In this document: one piece after another, positions 1 to 9,649 of the stretch | Numbering within the stretch: the first letter of the stretch is position 1 | Layout of the letters: each line of letters starts with the position of its first letter | Assembly: GCA_016935115.1 (NCBI GenBank) | Contig: JAFGRN010000002.1 | Coordinates: 69,748-126,900, forward strand | Direction of reading: 5' to 3' | Origin: Candidatus Omnitrophota bacterium | GTDB taxonomy: Bacteria > Omnitrophota > Gorgyraeia > 2-01-FULL-45-10 | DNA length: 57,153 nt | Program-made: the position numbers and the translations under genes | Notes under the pieces: model-generated | What the model saw: only the letters and a program-made list of their open reading frames with translations | Databases searched by the model: none | Told to the model about the DNA's origin: nothing

Positions 1-164
1 CAAAAATCGAGCGAGGCATCAACGAGATTGGCCAATTCGTCTTCATCGTAGACACGGCCGGCATAATTTATGCGAGTCTTTCCCGGAACGAACGGTTCCC
101 GGCGGCCCGACTTATAAAAATCCTTCACCTTCGCTATAATCTCTTTTCTTATAGCATCTGCCAC
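1..164 (-). CDS. rfbH: CDP-4-keto-6-deoxyglucose 3-dehydrase E1 (RfbH/DdhC), N-terminal part only, runs off the window edge
   Basis: Not in ORF track. Manual translation from GTG at 164 (GGGAG upstream): MADAIRKEIIAKVKDFYKSGRREPFVPGKTRINYAGRVYDEDELANLVDASLDF(W). FVPG..I.YAGRVYD..EL.NLVDASLDFW is the characteristic RfbH N-terminus; CDP-sugar context (rfbF nearby). Confidence 0.9.
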   Translation of the reverse strand, partial: MADAIRKEIIAKVKDFYKSGRREPFVPGKTRINYAGRVYDEDELANLVDASLDF

Positions 165-166
165 GT

Positions 167-1090
167 TTATGTCAGCTCCCTGATAAGCTTGGAATGCTTC
201 TTCCCGTCGAGAAAATAAAAATTGGTCGCTTTCGTCCGCTCGTCAACTTTCGCGATCTCCTCCAACCTGTCGCTTTTCGCGTAATAACACCCGTAACCAA
301 CGCCGCCCAGCAGGCCCATTATGTCGTTCGGGTGGTATCCGAACTTCGCCGACCATTTCCGCAGCATTTCAAGAAATAGGACTGGCCTGGCCTTCTTCAG
401 CGTTTCGATGGCGCCTCTTACCACGAATAGCTCCGCCCCTTCGACATCACACTTGATAAAATCGATCCGCGGCGTAAGTCGCAGTATGAAATCGTCGAGG
501 CGCCTGACCCGGCACCTTATCTTCCGCTTCTTCCTGTCTCCATACAGGTTCCTGGAAGACGTGGCAACGGTAAGCTTCGGATCGTAATAGAACTCCATGA
601 TGGCGGACCTGTCTGAAAGGCCGTAATTCAATGCCTCCACATTCTTCACGCCATTAAGCGCTATATTCCTTTTCAGATACTTGAATACGCCGGGCACTGG
701 CTCAAACGCCATGATTCTCCCGCCTGGAGCGCATCTGGAGAGATTAATGGAGTACCATCCTATATTCGCCCCGATGTCGAGGACGACACTCTTTTTCCCT
801 ACGAACTTCTTCATCATCCGCATCTCCGCGGCCTCATAATCGCCGAAGTTCAGGATCTCCATGGGAATTGATCTTTCGTCATCCCGATCGCATATCATGG
901 TAATACCATCCATCGTAGTAAGGGTAAGGCAGTCCTTCGAGATCTTTATAGACTCCACATTCCTGTCCCGGATAAAATCCCGGTACTTCCACAGGGACGC
1001 ATGCATATCATGCATGCGCCGGATGTAGGATTTCTTATCGATCTGCCCCGCCTTAAACTTCCGGAATAATTCCGTTAATCGGTCGGCCAC
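167..1090 (-). CDS. FkbM family methyltransferase
   Basis: VVLDIGANIGWYS, FEPVP and IDFIKCDVEGAE motifs. Likely GTG start at 1090 with AGGGAG upstream (ORF track starts at 1147). Confidence 0.9.
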   Translation of the reverse strand: MADRLTELFRKFKAGQIDKKSYIRRMHDMHASLWKYRDFIRDRNVESIKISKDCLTLTTMDGITMICDRDDERSIPMEILNFGDYEAAEMRMMKKFVGKKSVVLDIGANIGWYSINLSRCAPGGRIMAFEPVPGVFKYLKRNIALNGVKNVEALNYGLSDRSAIMEFYYDPKLTVATSSRNLYGDRKKRKIRCRVRRLDDFILRLTPRIDFIKCDVEGAELFVVRGAIETLKKARPVLFLEMLRKWSAKFGYHPNDIMGLLGGVGYGCYYAKSDRLEEIAKVDERTKATNFYFLDGKKHSKLIRELT

Positions 1091-2145
1091 AGAAAACTCC
1101 CTATGGTTCTCCTGAATCCCTCTTCCGGAGAATATCGCGGCGCCCATCCTAACTTCCGGATCCTGGTTATCCGCGGATGGGCTCTTGCTATCTCGCTCTT
1201 CATGTAACTTTCCCGTCCTGGAGCCCTATCGTATTTTATGGAGAGTTTCTTTTCGGGAAAGATCTCCGTCAACATGCGGGCAAGTTCACTCACGCTCATC
1301 TCTCCCTTTTCATCCGATATATTATAAGCGTTTCCATTCTTGCCCTTAAGAAGAACCGTAAAAAAGCCTGCCGTTGCGTCGGCAAGATAGCAGAACGTCC
1401 TCCTGGCGGCGCCGTTACCCCTGATTACAATGTCGCGGCTATGGACGACATCGGAGATGAAATCGGCATAGACCCGGCCGTCATCAAGCTTCATCCCCGG
1501 CCCATACGTATGGAAAGGCCGGACTATCTTCGCCGGAACACCGTATTGGCGGTTCCAGCACGCGCACATGGCTTCTCCGGCGCGCTTGCCCTCGGCGTAA
1601 CACGAGCGTACGGCGGCAGGATCGAGATACCCACCCATATCTTCGCCGATCGGCATCTTACGCGCCGGTATATCGCCGTATATCTCGGCACTGCTGAAGA
1701 AGAGAAACCCCTCGGACCTTTTGGCCCTGGCAAGCTCGAGAAGATTGCGGGTACCGACAGTATTAGCGGCTATAGTCCCTGCCGGGTCTTTACCGAATCT
1801 CTTCGGGCTCGAGTGGCTCGCCGCATGGATTATGTAGTGCAAGCCCCCTTTAATGCTCAATGGTTTACATACGTCCTGGACTATAAAGACGAGATCAGGC
1901 CTTCCGGCATAATGGCCAAATCTTTTTTTCGCGCGTTTCAGATCCCTGACCATAGCATAGACTTTGGCCTTCCTCCGCAAAAGAGTCTCGTTCAGATAAA
2001 GAATGGTCTCCGCCATATACGCGGGTAGAAACCCGTTCGCGCCGGATATGAGTATGGACTTGCCTTCGAACCTTCTCCATGGAAGGCGCGCGCCCCTTAT
2101 AAAACGCAGATCCTCTTCGATAACCGGATTTCTTATTTTTTTCAT
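1075..2145 (-). CDS. NAD-dependent epimerase/dehydratase (extended SDR, UXS/RmlB-like); candidate YerF-type branch reductase
   Basis: ISGANGFLPAY Rossmann motif, IIHAASHSSP, SSAEIYG, CYAEGKR (YxxxK), RPFHTYGPG. Likely start MKKIRNP at 2145 (track 2169). Confidence 0.85.
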   Translation of the reverse strand: MKKIRNPVIEEDLRFIRGARLPWRRFEGKSILISGANGFLPAYMAETILYLNETLLRRKAKVYAMVRDLKRAKKRFGHYAGRPDLVFIVQDVCKPLSIKGGLHYIIHAASHSSPKRFGKDPAGTIAANTVGTRNLLELARAKRSEGFLFFSSAEIYGDIPARKMPIGEDMGGYLDPAAVRSCYAEGKRAGEAMCACWNRQYGVPAKIVRPFHTYGPGMKLDDGRVYADFISDVVHSRDIVIRGNGAARRTFCYLADATAGFFTVLLKGKNGNAYNISDEKGEMSVSELARMLTEIFPEKKLSIKYDRAPGRESYMKSEIARAHPRITRIRKLGWAPRYSPEEGFRRTIGSFLWPTD

Positions 2146-2147
2146 CG

Positions 2148-3887
2148 TCACTTTAGGATATCCACACACATGCAGGACTTAAGCTCTCTCCTCGATAATA
2201 GCGGCTCCTGATCCTCGACGGGCCTGTTAACGGATAGTTTAGGCAGTACCAGATTATCCTGCTTGATATCAACTTCGAGAAACATGGCCTGCGGGCCGTC
2301 AAACAGCTTTTTAAGAGCCCCTCCGGCCTCGCCGGGGCGGCAGATCTTCTTTGAAGGTATCCCGTACGCCGAGACGACATTGATAAAATCAGGACTGCTA
2401 TATCCCACGACCGTTGATTGGAACCGAGAATTGAAATACTGTTTCTGGAATTGCCGCACCATTCCGTAACAATGGTTGTTCAGCAGGACAATCTTTATAG
2501 GTAAATCATAATGCGCCACCGTCTGCAGCTCCTGTATATTGAGCTGGAATCCGCCGTCACCTGTTATGACCACGACCGGCCTGTCCGGATCCGCGAAAGA
2601 GGCGCCTATTGCCATGGAGAGGGCCGATCCCATGGCTCCCATGCCGCCCTGGGTTATGAATCGCTGTGAGGCGCGTATATTCAGATACTGCGCGGACCAC
2701 ATCTGGTTCTGCCCGACGTCTGCGCATATCACCGCATCGTCCGGTAGATACGCGGACAATCTCCGCATCAAGAATTCCGGCGTTATCCTGTTTCCGGACA
2801 AAGATCCGCCCGAAGAATACCTCCTCCTGTACTCCCCGACCCTGCTCACCCACGGCCTTATTCTCGTCCTGTCATAATCGCAGATGCTGTCGTTGAGCTT
2901 TATCAGGAATTCTCTTATATCGGAATGGACCGGGATATCGGAAGAGACCTTATGCCCCAGTTCATTTTTATCGATATCGACGTGCACGATCTTCGCGCCT
3001 CTCGCAAAAGTCTCGGGCCGTGTCCCCGTCTGCCTCGTATCGAGCCTGGTGCCGAGCGCCATGACCAGGTCAGCATTTGCCACCGCCAGGTTCGCGAACC
3101 TGTTGCCGTATGTGCCTATCATGCCGGCAAAGGCCGGATCTGTGTGGGGGAACGCGTCCAGGCCCATGAGCGAGGAGACCACCGGTATCCCCGTAGCGCG
3201 CACAAATCTTAGCAACTCTCCCGTCGCATGGGATAATCTAACGCCGCCTCCGGCCAATATCACCGGACGCCTGGAGGAGCCTATGAGTCCTTTTACCCTC
3301 TTTACCGCCTTATTAACACTATCGCCCGTCTCATGCCTGCCACGGAATGGCTTCAAGCGTAACCGGTCAACATTTGAACGTTGCACATTCATGGGTATGT
3401 CCACGAGAACCGGGCCCGGACGACCAGACCTGGCGGTGAATAGCGCCTTTTCAAGATCATACCTTATCGTTGCCGGATCCGTGACAAGCATGGCGCTCTT
3501 AACTATCGGCCTCACTATATTTACGATATCCGTCTCCTGAAAACCAACCTGCCGCACAGGCTTATCAAATTTGAACTCATAGGCATTCACCTGGCCCGTT
3601 ATAAAAAGACAGGGTATGGAATCAAAATAACAGCTCGCGATACCGGTTATCAGATTGGTCGCGCCCGGCCCGCTCGTTGCCATGGCCACTGCCACATTTT
3701 CACCGATCCTCGAGTAACCTTCCGCCGCAAAAGCAGCCGCCTGCTCATGGTGCATCGATACCACGGATATCCCTTTCCGCCCGTAAAGCGAATCCAGAAG
3801 ATGCGTGGTCGCGCCGCCGCAGACCTCGAAGACGGATCCTGCGCCGTTTGCGGCAAGGAACTCTATGACATAATCTGATAGCTTCAT
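2148..3887 (-). CDS. Thiamine-diphosphate-dependent enzyme, acetolactate-synthase-like (YerE-like in this context)
   Basis: HHEQAAAFAAEGY, ATSGPGATN, GRPGPVLVDIP and the ThDP motif GDGGFQLN...LLNN. Confidence 0.88.
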   Translation of the reverse strand: MKLSDYVIEFLAANGAGSVFEVCGGATTHLLDSLYGRKGISVVSMHHEQAAAFAAEGYSRIGENVAVAMATSGPGATNLITGIASCYFDSIPCLFITGQVNAYEFKFDKPVRQVGFQETDIVNIVRPIVKSAMLVTDPATIRYDLEKALFTARSGRPGPVLVDIPMNVQRSNVDRLRLKPFRGRHETGDSVNKAVKRVKGLIGSSRRPVILAGGGVRLSHATGELLRFVRATGIPVVSSLMGLDAFPHTDPAFAGMIGTYGNRFANLAVANADLVMALGTRLDTRQTGTRPETFARGAKIVHVDIDKNELGHKVSSDIPVHSDIREFLIKLNDSICDYDRTRIRPWVSRVGEYRRRYSSGGSLSGNRITPEFLMRRLSAYLPDDAVICADVGQNQMWSAQYLNIRASQRFITQGGMGAMGSALSMAIGASFADPDRPVVVITGDGGFQLNIQELQTVAHYDLPIKIVLLNNHCYGMVRQFQKQYFNSRFQSTVVGYSSPDFINVVSAYGIPSKKICRPGEAGGALKKLFDGPQAMFLEVDIKQDNLVLPKLSVNRPVEDQEPLLSRRELKSCMCVDILK

Positions 3888-3897
3888 GTGAAAGCGC

Positions 3898-4674
3898 CTA
3901 CTTCCATATCTTCCAGGGGGCCTTTCCGGTCTGCCACATCTGCTCCAGTTCCAGTTTATCTTTCAGCGTATCCATGCATTTCCAGAATCCCGTATGTTTG
4001 TAAGCCGTCAGGCGCCCATCCTTCGCAAGGTTCTCCAGGGGTTCCTTCTCCCATGTCGTCTTGTCGCCTTTTTTTATGTACCTGAAGATCCCGGGTTCCA
4101 GCACGAAGAAGCCCACATTGATCCATGCGCCGTCGCGTTTCGGCTTCTCCAGGAAAGATGATACCTTATTATCTCCCCTGATATCGAATACGCCGAATCT
4201 CCCCGCAGGCTGGATAGCCGACAGGGTGGCGAGTTTTCCGGAGTTTTTATGCGATCTCAACAGGGCATTCATGTCTATATCGCCCACACCGTCCCCGTAT
4301 GTCATCATGAAGGTCTCATTGCCCACATACTTCTCTATCCTCTTCAGCCTTCCGCCGGTAAAAGTCTCCAGGCCCGTATCTATCATCGTAACTTTCCAGG
4401 GCTCGGACGCGCTGGTATGTATCTCCATCCTGTTATTCTTCAGGTCAAAAGTCACATCGCTCATGTGCATAAAGTAGTGGGAAAAATATTCCTTCACCAC
4501 GTATGATTTATACCCGAGACAGATTATGAAATCGTTGAATCCGTAAGACGAGTATATCTTCATCACGTGCCACAATATCGGCTTCCCGCCGATCTCCACC
4601 ATCGGTTTCGGTATGGCGCCGGTCTCTTCTCCTATTCTCGTTCCATAACCGCCGGCAAGAATGACTACTTTCAT
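3898..4674 (-). CDS. rfbF: Glucose-1-phosphate cytidylyltransferase
   Basis: MKVVILAGGYGTRIGEET..IPKPMVEIGGKPILWHVMK, TGGRLKR, MTYGDGV, GFWKCMDTLKDK. Start at 4674 with AGGAGG (track 4728). Confidence 0.95.
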   Translation of the reverse strand: MKVVILAGGYGTRIGEETGAIPKPMVEIGGKPILWHVMKIYSSYGFNDFIICLGYKSYVVKEYFSHYFMHMSDVTFDLKNNRMEIHTSASEPWKVTMIDTGLETFTGGRLKRIEKYVGNETFMMTYGDGVGDIDMNALLRSHKNSGKLATLSAIQPAGRFGVFDIRGDNKVSSFLEKPKRDGAWINVGFFVLEPGIFRYIKKGDKTTWEKEPLENLAKDGRLTAYKHTGFWKCMDTLKDKLELEQMWQTGKAPWKIWK

Positions 4675-4690
4675 GCGTGCATACCTCCTG

Positions 4691-6088
4691 TTAGAATACG
4701 TTCTCCTTTTTCCTGCTGGACTTGCCAAAGCTCAGCCGTCTCAGGATCGCGGGTATATTGCCTCCGACCTCAATAAGCCATCTCGGATTTTTCAGCACAA
4801 AACAGGCGATATTCAAGATCGCGCCGGGCCTCATGTAGAACGCTTTCGACGCATGCTCGGCAAGGCTCTCTATGCGTTCATCGGATAATTCGCATATTCT
4901 CTTGTCCCTGTATCTGCCTTCCAGTTCGGATCCACGCAGAATAGAAAGCATAAAATAATTTGCCAGCGTAGATCCGCAATTCAACGAATAGCTGATGGTT
5001 TTTTTGATAGTATCCTCGGTGTCGCCGGGCAAGCCGAATATGTAAGATACGGCCGTAACAAAACCTATCCTGTTTGCGATCTTGAGCAATCTTTTTAAAG
5101 CCTCCGGCTCCCCCGGATCACGATTGATGCCCCTAAGCACTTCCGCATGCGCCGCCTGTAAGCCAAAGGAGAGAATATCGCATCCTGCCCGCTTCATGAG
5201 CCTAAAGACCCTCTCCGTGTCGGTTCTGATGCTGAATGGATGGAATATGGCCATCCATCTTACTCTATATGGCCTCTTTATCAGTTTCTCACAGAACTCT
5301 TCGATCCAGTCATTTGTCATTCCGAATATGTCATCCTGGAACGCAATATACTTGACTCCATATTTACCGATCACTTCGTCTATTTCGGCGATTACATTAT
5401 CGACGCTGCGCCTTCTGTATTTGTTGCCCCAGGACTTATGGGAGGTGCAGAAGAAACATTTATACGCACAGCCCCTTGAGGCGATCATCGTTATGTATGG
5501 CTTTCTCATGCCGAATAAAAAGTAGTCATGGTACGCGTTTATATCGACTTTTGACCTGTCCGGGAACGGTATTGTATCGATATTCTGTATCAGTTCCTGC
5601 GGCGCCGACTTCACGACCCTGCCGTCTTTTTTGTATGAGATACCTTTTATAGTGTCTATACTTCTTGCGCCGTTATAGTAGTCTACTATATCCTGTATTG
5701 TCTTTTCACCCTCGCCATGCACCACTATGTCGCATCCGTCTTCCAGAAATGTGGAGTTCGTGAGCGTATTCGGCCCTCCCACCAGCACCGGGATTCCGAG
5801 CCTCTCCTTTATCTTCCGGCTGTAGTCCTTGACCTTATTTTCCTGCGGGTCGGAACAGTAAAATCCCACCATGTCAAATTCTTTCAACTTGCCGGATAAC
5901 CAATCGAAATCAAACGGAATGACCGATTGATCGAATATATCTGTCTTGACACCCTTCTTCTCCAGAACGGCCGATAAATACTGGAGGCCCAGTTGGGGCC
6001 TTCTCTGGACGCTGTGCACTATGCCATCCCCCAAAAGATATAATTTTTCTTCGTGTACTAGATATACAAACGCCATCTTCTTTATCAC
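4691..6088 (-). CDS. B12-binding-domain radical SAM protein
   Basis: QLGLQYLSAVL, VLVGGP, VVHGEGE in the N-terminal domain; SRGCAYKCFFC (CxxxCxxC). Confidence 0.9.
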   Translation of the reverse strand: MIKKMAFVYLVHEEKLYLLGDGIVHSVQRRPQLGLQYLSAVLEKKGVKTDIFDQSVIPFDFDWLSGKLKEFDMVGFYCSDPQENKVKDYSRKIKERLGIPVLVGGPNTLTNSTFLEDGCDIVVHGEGEKTIQDIVDYYNGARSIDTIKGISYKKDGRVVKSAPQELIQNIDTIPFPDRSKVDINAYHDYFLFGMRKPYITMIASRGCAYKCFFCTSHKSWGNKYRRRSVDNVIAEIDEVIGKYGVKYIAFQDDIFGMTNDWIEEFCEKLIKRPYRVRWMAIFHPFSIRTDTERVFRLMKRAGCDILSFGLQAAHAEVLRGINRDPGEPEALKRLLKIANRIGFVTAVSYIFGLPGDTEDTIKKTISYSLNCGSTLANYFMLSILRGSELEGRYRDKRICELSDERIESLAEHASKAFYMRPGAILNIACFVLKNPRWLIEVGGNIPAILRRLSFGKSSRKKENVF

Positions 6089-6101
6089 GGCAACCCCTCT
6101 G

Positions 6102-7211
6102 TTATAGTTTGCAGCATCTCGCGCAAGCGGGCAACAACCCTCTCTTCAGAATCCGCCTGAACTTTTTATATCTCTCCCCATTCCAGACATTCGAAAAACC
6201 GCTATCAAATACATTGCCCATCCTGCAGGAGATAGACTCACACGGATACACATCCCCGTTGGGATAGATAAATAGCCCTCTCAACGCGAAAAGGCACTTC
6301 CTCCCGGAGCTAAAGTCCGGAGAGTACCAGCTCTTCAGCTCGTCAACACTCAATTCGGGCGTAAACGCGACCCTGTTTCCGAGCTCCGAGCGCAGTTTCG
6401 TTATCTTCTCCACATATCGGTCCTCTTTGCCACGGATATCGTAGATATAGCTCATCGCCTTTACATCGCCCTCTTCGAATATCTTCTTCAGCGCGTCATT
6501 GCAGCGGGAGCGCTCCTCCGTTGAATAGAATGTAGGATGGCCGAATCTCACAAGGTCCACGCCCAGAGAGGCGCTCGCGGAGGCAATATTCTTCAGGTCG
6601 TCCAGGTTTCCCTCGCAGATCGTTGTATGCGTAACGACCTTTGTATTTCTGCGACGGTTGTCAGTAAATGCCTTTATACCCTTCACCATCTTATCGTACG
6701 CGCCATTCATCGATAGGATGGTGTCGTGGACATCCTTCGTGCCGAGCAGCGAAAATACGATGTAATCCAATTTTTCCAGCATCAGCCTTTCGGCCGTATC
6801 CTTATCGAGCAGCGTGCCGTTGGTAAATATACCGACGCTTAAGCCCCTCTTCTTTACGGCTTTCACTATATCGACTATGTCTTTTCTTACGAACGGTTCT
6901 CCTCCGAAGAGTATTATGCTCGGATGATACCCGGCCACGTCATCCAGAAACCGCTCTATCTTATCCATGGGTATGTCGGCCATATCCTTCTTATTCAGGA
7001 TCTCGCTTAAGTTGCACATGGCGCATCTTGCATTGCATCTCATGGTAACAAAGAGCGCTACATTAAGCACATTCGAACTTCGGCCGGAAGCAGACAGAAA
7101 ATCGCGGGGCAGAAGAAACAGTTCCTTCATAAGCGTTCCCAGAGAGTAGGCCTTAAATGTCCTTAAATTGCTGTACTGCCTCTTTGCCACGCCGGCCAAT
7201 TCCCGTATCAT
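6102..7211 (-). CDS. Radical SAM protein with C-terminal SPASM/Twitch domain
   Basis: CNARCAMC, FGGEPF, FTNGTLL; C-terminal C..GDVYPC..CARCC. Confidence 0.88.
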   Translation of the reverse strand: MIRELAGVAKRQYSNLRTFKAYSLGTLMKELFLLPRDFLSASGRSSNVLNVALFVTMRCNARCAMCNLSEILNKKDMADIPMDKIERFLDDVAGYHPSIILFGGEPFVRKDIVDIVKAVKKRGLSVGIFTNGTLLDKDTAERLMLEKLDYIVFSLLGTKDVHDTILSMNGAYDKMVKGIKAFTDNRRRNTKVVTHTTICEGNLDDLKNIASASASLGVDLVRFGHPTFYSTEERSRCNDALKKIFEEGDVKAMSYIYDIRGKEDRYVEKITKLRSELGNRVAFTPELSVDELKSWYSPDFSSGRKCLFALRGLFIYPNGDVYPCESISCRMGNVFDSGFSNVWNGERYKKFRRILKRGLLPACARCCKL

Positions 7212-8662
7212 GATGCCTTTCTCATGCTGACAATGGATCTGAATGCCGTAAAATAGCGCGATATATCCTCGGCCCCTCTTATGGAGAGCAATTGCCGCAT
7301 GATATATGCGGGCCTGAAATAGTAACTCCTATATGCGCCGACTATGGCGTTCTTGAGCTCTTTTTCTGTCATGCCATCCGGGATATAATGCAGCTTTGTC
7401 TCCTCGGCGTCTATGAGCGAAGTGTATTCGTTATAATCCTCGTGAAGTATCTTCCCCGCTTTTTTCGCCATCAGGTAGAGCTCGTTTCCGGGGAAGAGTA
7501 TCACGGTAAAAAAATTCACCACGTCGAGGCGCATGCGCTTCGCGAATTCTACTGTCCTCTTTATGGTCTCGAGAGTCTCCCCCGGCAATCCGAATACAAA
7601 CGTCGCCCGCACGTTCAGTCCGGCCTTCTTCGCGAGCCGTATGCCGTTCTCGTTCTGCTCGACGGTAACGCCTTTCCTGATTATATTAAGCATCCGCTGG
7701 TCGCCGGATTCAATACCATATATCACCTGCCAGCATCCCGCCCGCTTCATCTTTCTGAGTATATCGAGATTGACGGTGTTGACGCGGGTGAGGCATGTCC
7801 ATGGCACTTTCATCTTTCTCTTCAATATCTCGTCGCATATTCCTTCGACTCTCCCGATATCAAGCGTGAAAGTGTCATCCATGAACCTTATTTCTTTCGC
7901 GCCGTGAACCCTGATAACATGCTCCATTTCATCCACGACATATTTCGGCGAATGGGCCCTGAACCTGTTGCCGAACACCTTCCTGTCGCAGAAGATGCAC
8001 TGATAGGGACAGCCCCTGCTTGATATCATCAGGCCCACCGGTTTCTTTATGTAAGAAGCCGGCACCGGCCTGTACCTGTCCAGCGAAGGATAGAGATGCC
8101 TTGCCGGGAACGGCAATGAATCCAGGTCATCTATATACAGCCGTTCTTTCGTAAATGCGACAGCCCCGTCCTTTCTCAAGGCCAGCCCCTTTATGTCACT
8201 GTAATCGGTTCTGCCCGCCATCATGGCATTGACGAGCTCGAGCATAGTCTCCTCGCCTTCGCCGAGCACCCCGATGTCATACGGGCCTTCCCGCATCGTT
8301 TTCTCGGGTGCCGAACAAAGCTGAGGCCCGCCTATGACCAGAGGGACACCTGGAAACGACTTTTTTATCTCCCCGGCCATATCATTCGCAGTGTTGATAG
8401 TCAGTATCGTAGCTGTTATCCCTATCACGTCCGGAGACTCTCTGCCTATTCTGCCAATGATCTCGTCCAGGGTCTTCGGCTCCCCTATGCAATCCATGAT
8501 CTTCACTTTTATGCCGTTTTTCTCCAGCAGGGCCGCTATGTAGCCGACCCCCATGGTAGGCAGTACATTGGCTATGTCCTTCAGGCCTCCCGCCTGTTTT
8601 GATATGGATAGCGGGGGGCTGATAAACAGCACCTTAAAATCAGATCTCTTTTTCCCGTTCAT
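7208..8662 (-). CDS. B12-binding-domain radical SAM protein
   Basis: TMGVGYIAALL, VIGGP, VLGEGE; SRGCPYQCIFC, GIESGDQ. Confidence 0.92.
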   Translation of the reverse strand: MNGKKRSDFKVLFISPPLSISKQAGGLKDIANVLPTMGVGYIAALLEKNGIKVKIMDCIGEPKTLDEIIGRIGRESPDVIGITATILTINTANDMAGEIKKSFPGVPLVIGGPQLCSAPEKTMREGPYDIGVLGEGEETMLELVNAMMAGRTDYSDIKGLALRKDGAVAFTKERLYIDDLDSLPFPARHLYPSLDRYRPVPASYIKKPVGLMISSRGCPYQCIFCDRKVFGNRFRAHSPKYVVDEMEHVIRVHGAKEIRFMDDTFTLDIGRVEGICDEILKRKMKVPWTCLTRVNTVNLDILRKMKRAGCWQVIYGIESGDQRMLNIIRKGVTVEQNENGIRLAKKAGLNVRATFVFGLPGETLETIKRTVEFAKRMRLDVVNFFTVILFPGNELYLMAKKAGKILHEDYNEYTSLIDAEETKLHYIPDGMTEKELKNAIVGAYRSYYFRPAYIMRQLLSIRGAEDISRYFTAFRSIVSMRKAS

Positions 8663-8680
8663 AATAGTATCCTGGTCACC

Positions 8681-9649
8681 TCATCCGAAAAATGCGTCGC
8701 AATACCTGCATACCGGCGGATATCTCTTCTCGATATGGCTCTTTCTCAGAGAGACTGCTTTATCACCGTTAAAAATTTCCTTTAAGCTGTTCTTCTTCAG
8801 GTCCCCTATCGGCAATGTGCTGTCCATATCCACGCAGCAGGGAAATACGATCCCGTCCCACCTGATGACAGCGTTCCTCCATAATGTGCGGCAGGCCGTC
8901 TCCCTCGCTTTGTACTTGTTGCCTATGAGCGGTTCAACGTCGATATTATCTACTTTGCCCTGCCATTCCTTTTTTACCATCTCTATGTAATCATCCCCAT
9001 CCGCTATCCTCGCCACATTTATCCCTATCCGTATTCCGGAGAGCGATCTGTCCCTTCTCTCTATAAGATATTCCATATTCTCCTTCAGCGCCCCGTACGG
9101 CGTTCCCCTGTTTTTCTCATAGCGGTCACCGATGCCTTCAAGCGAAAAGATTATCTCGTCGAGGCCGTTACTGATCACGCCATCGGCTTTCTCGCGGGAT
9201 AGCAATATGCCGTTCGTGTACGTGGATACATATATATTCCTCTTTTTCGCGTACGCTATCATGTCGAGTATTTTCGGGTGAAGAAATGGCTCGCCGTACC
9301 TGCTGAGTATAATGCATGTAATCTGGGGATTGGCATCGATTATTGATTTATAAAACTCCAGATCCATGAGCCCCCTCGGCTCATTATTTCTCTGCGTGGA
9401 GCAGTGCCCGCACTTTAGGTTACAGAGATTGGTCGGCTCGATCAGTATCCCCTGTGGCAAAAATGACTTAGGTGACCGGGCATACCGAGATAACTGATTG
9501 AGTAGTTCCCCTGCAAAGGAACGGTAGGTTCCGAAATACTGCATGAGCCTTCCGGCTATCCTGTGATCCTGGCTGAACATCGCGCCGATCAAATTATAGA
9601 TCAGCAACAATGGATATTTGGCCGGCGGTATCTTTATCTTTTTTGGCAT
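8681..9649 (-). CDS. Radical SAM protein with SPASM/Twitch domain
   Basis: EPTNLCNLKCGHC, YGEPFLHP, TNGILL; C-terminal C..DGIVFPCC..VCRYC. Confidence 0.88.
   Translation of the reverse strand: MPKKIKIPPAKYPLLLIYNLIGAMFSQDHRIAGRLMQYFGTYRSFAGELLNQLSRYARSPKSFLPQGILIEPTNLCNLKCGHCSTQRNNEPRGLMDLEFYKSIIDANPQITCIILSRYGEPFLHPKILDMIAYAKKRNIYVSTYTNGILLSREKADGVISNGLDEIIFSLEGIGDRYEKNRGTPYGALKENMEYLIERRDRSLSGIRIGINVARIADGDDYIEMVKKEWQGKVDNIDVEPLIGNKYKARETACRTLWRNAVIRWDGIVFPCCVDMDSTLPIGDLKKNSLKEIFNGDKAVSLRKSHIEKRYPPVCRYCDAFFG

Noticed and set aside
2148-3887. Annotation as ilvB/ilvG acetolactate synthase
   Set aside because: No small regulatory subunit or ilv genes nearby; flanked by rfbF, an SDR and rfbH, which fits a YerE-like role.
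8006-8016. GGGACAGCCCC resembling the palindromic repeat at 50941
   Set aside because: It is the codon sequence of the conserved RGCP radical SAM motif, single copy and imperfect.
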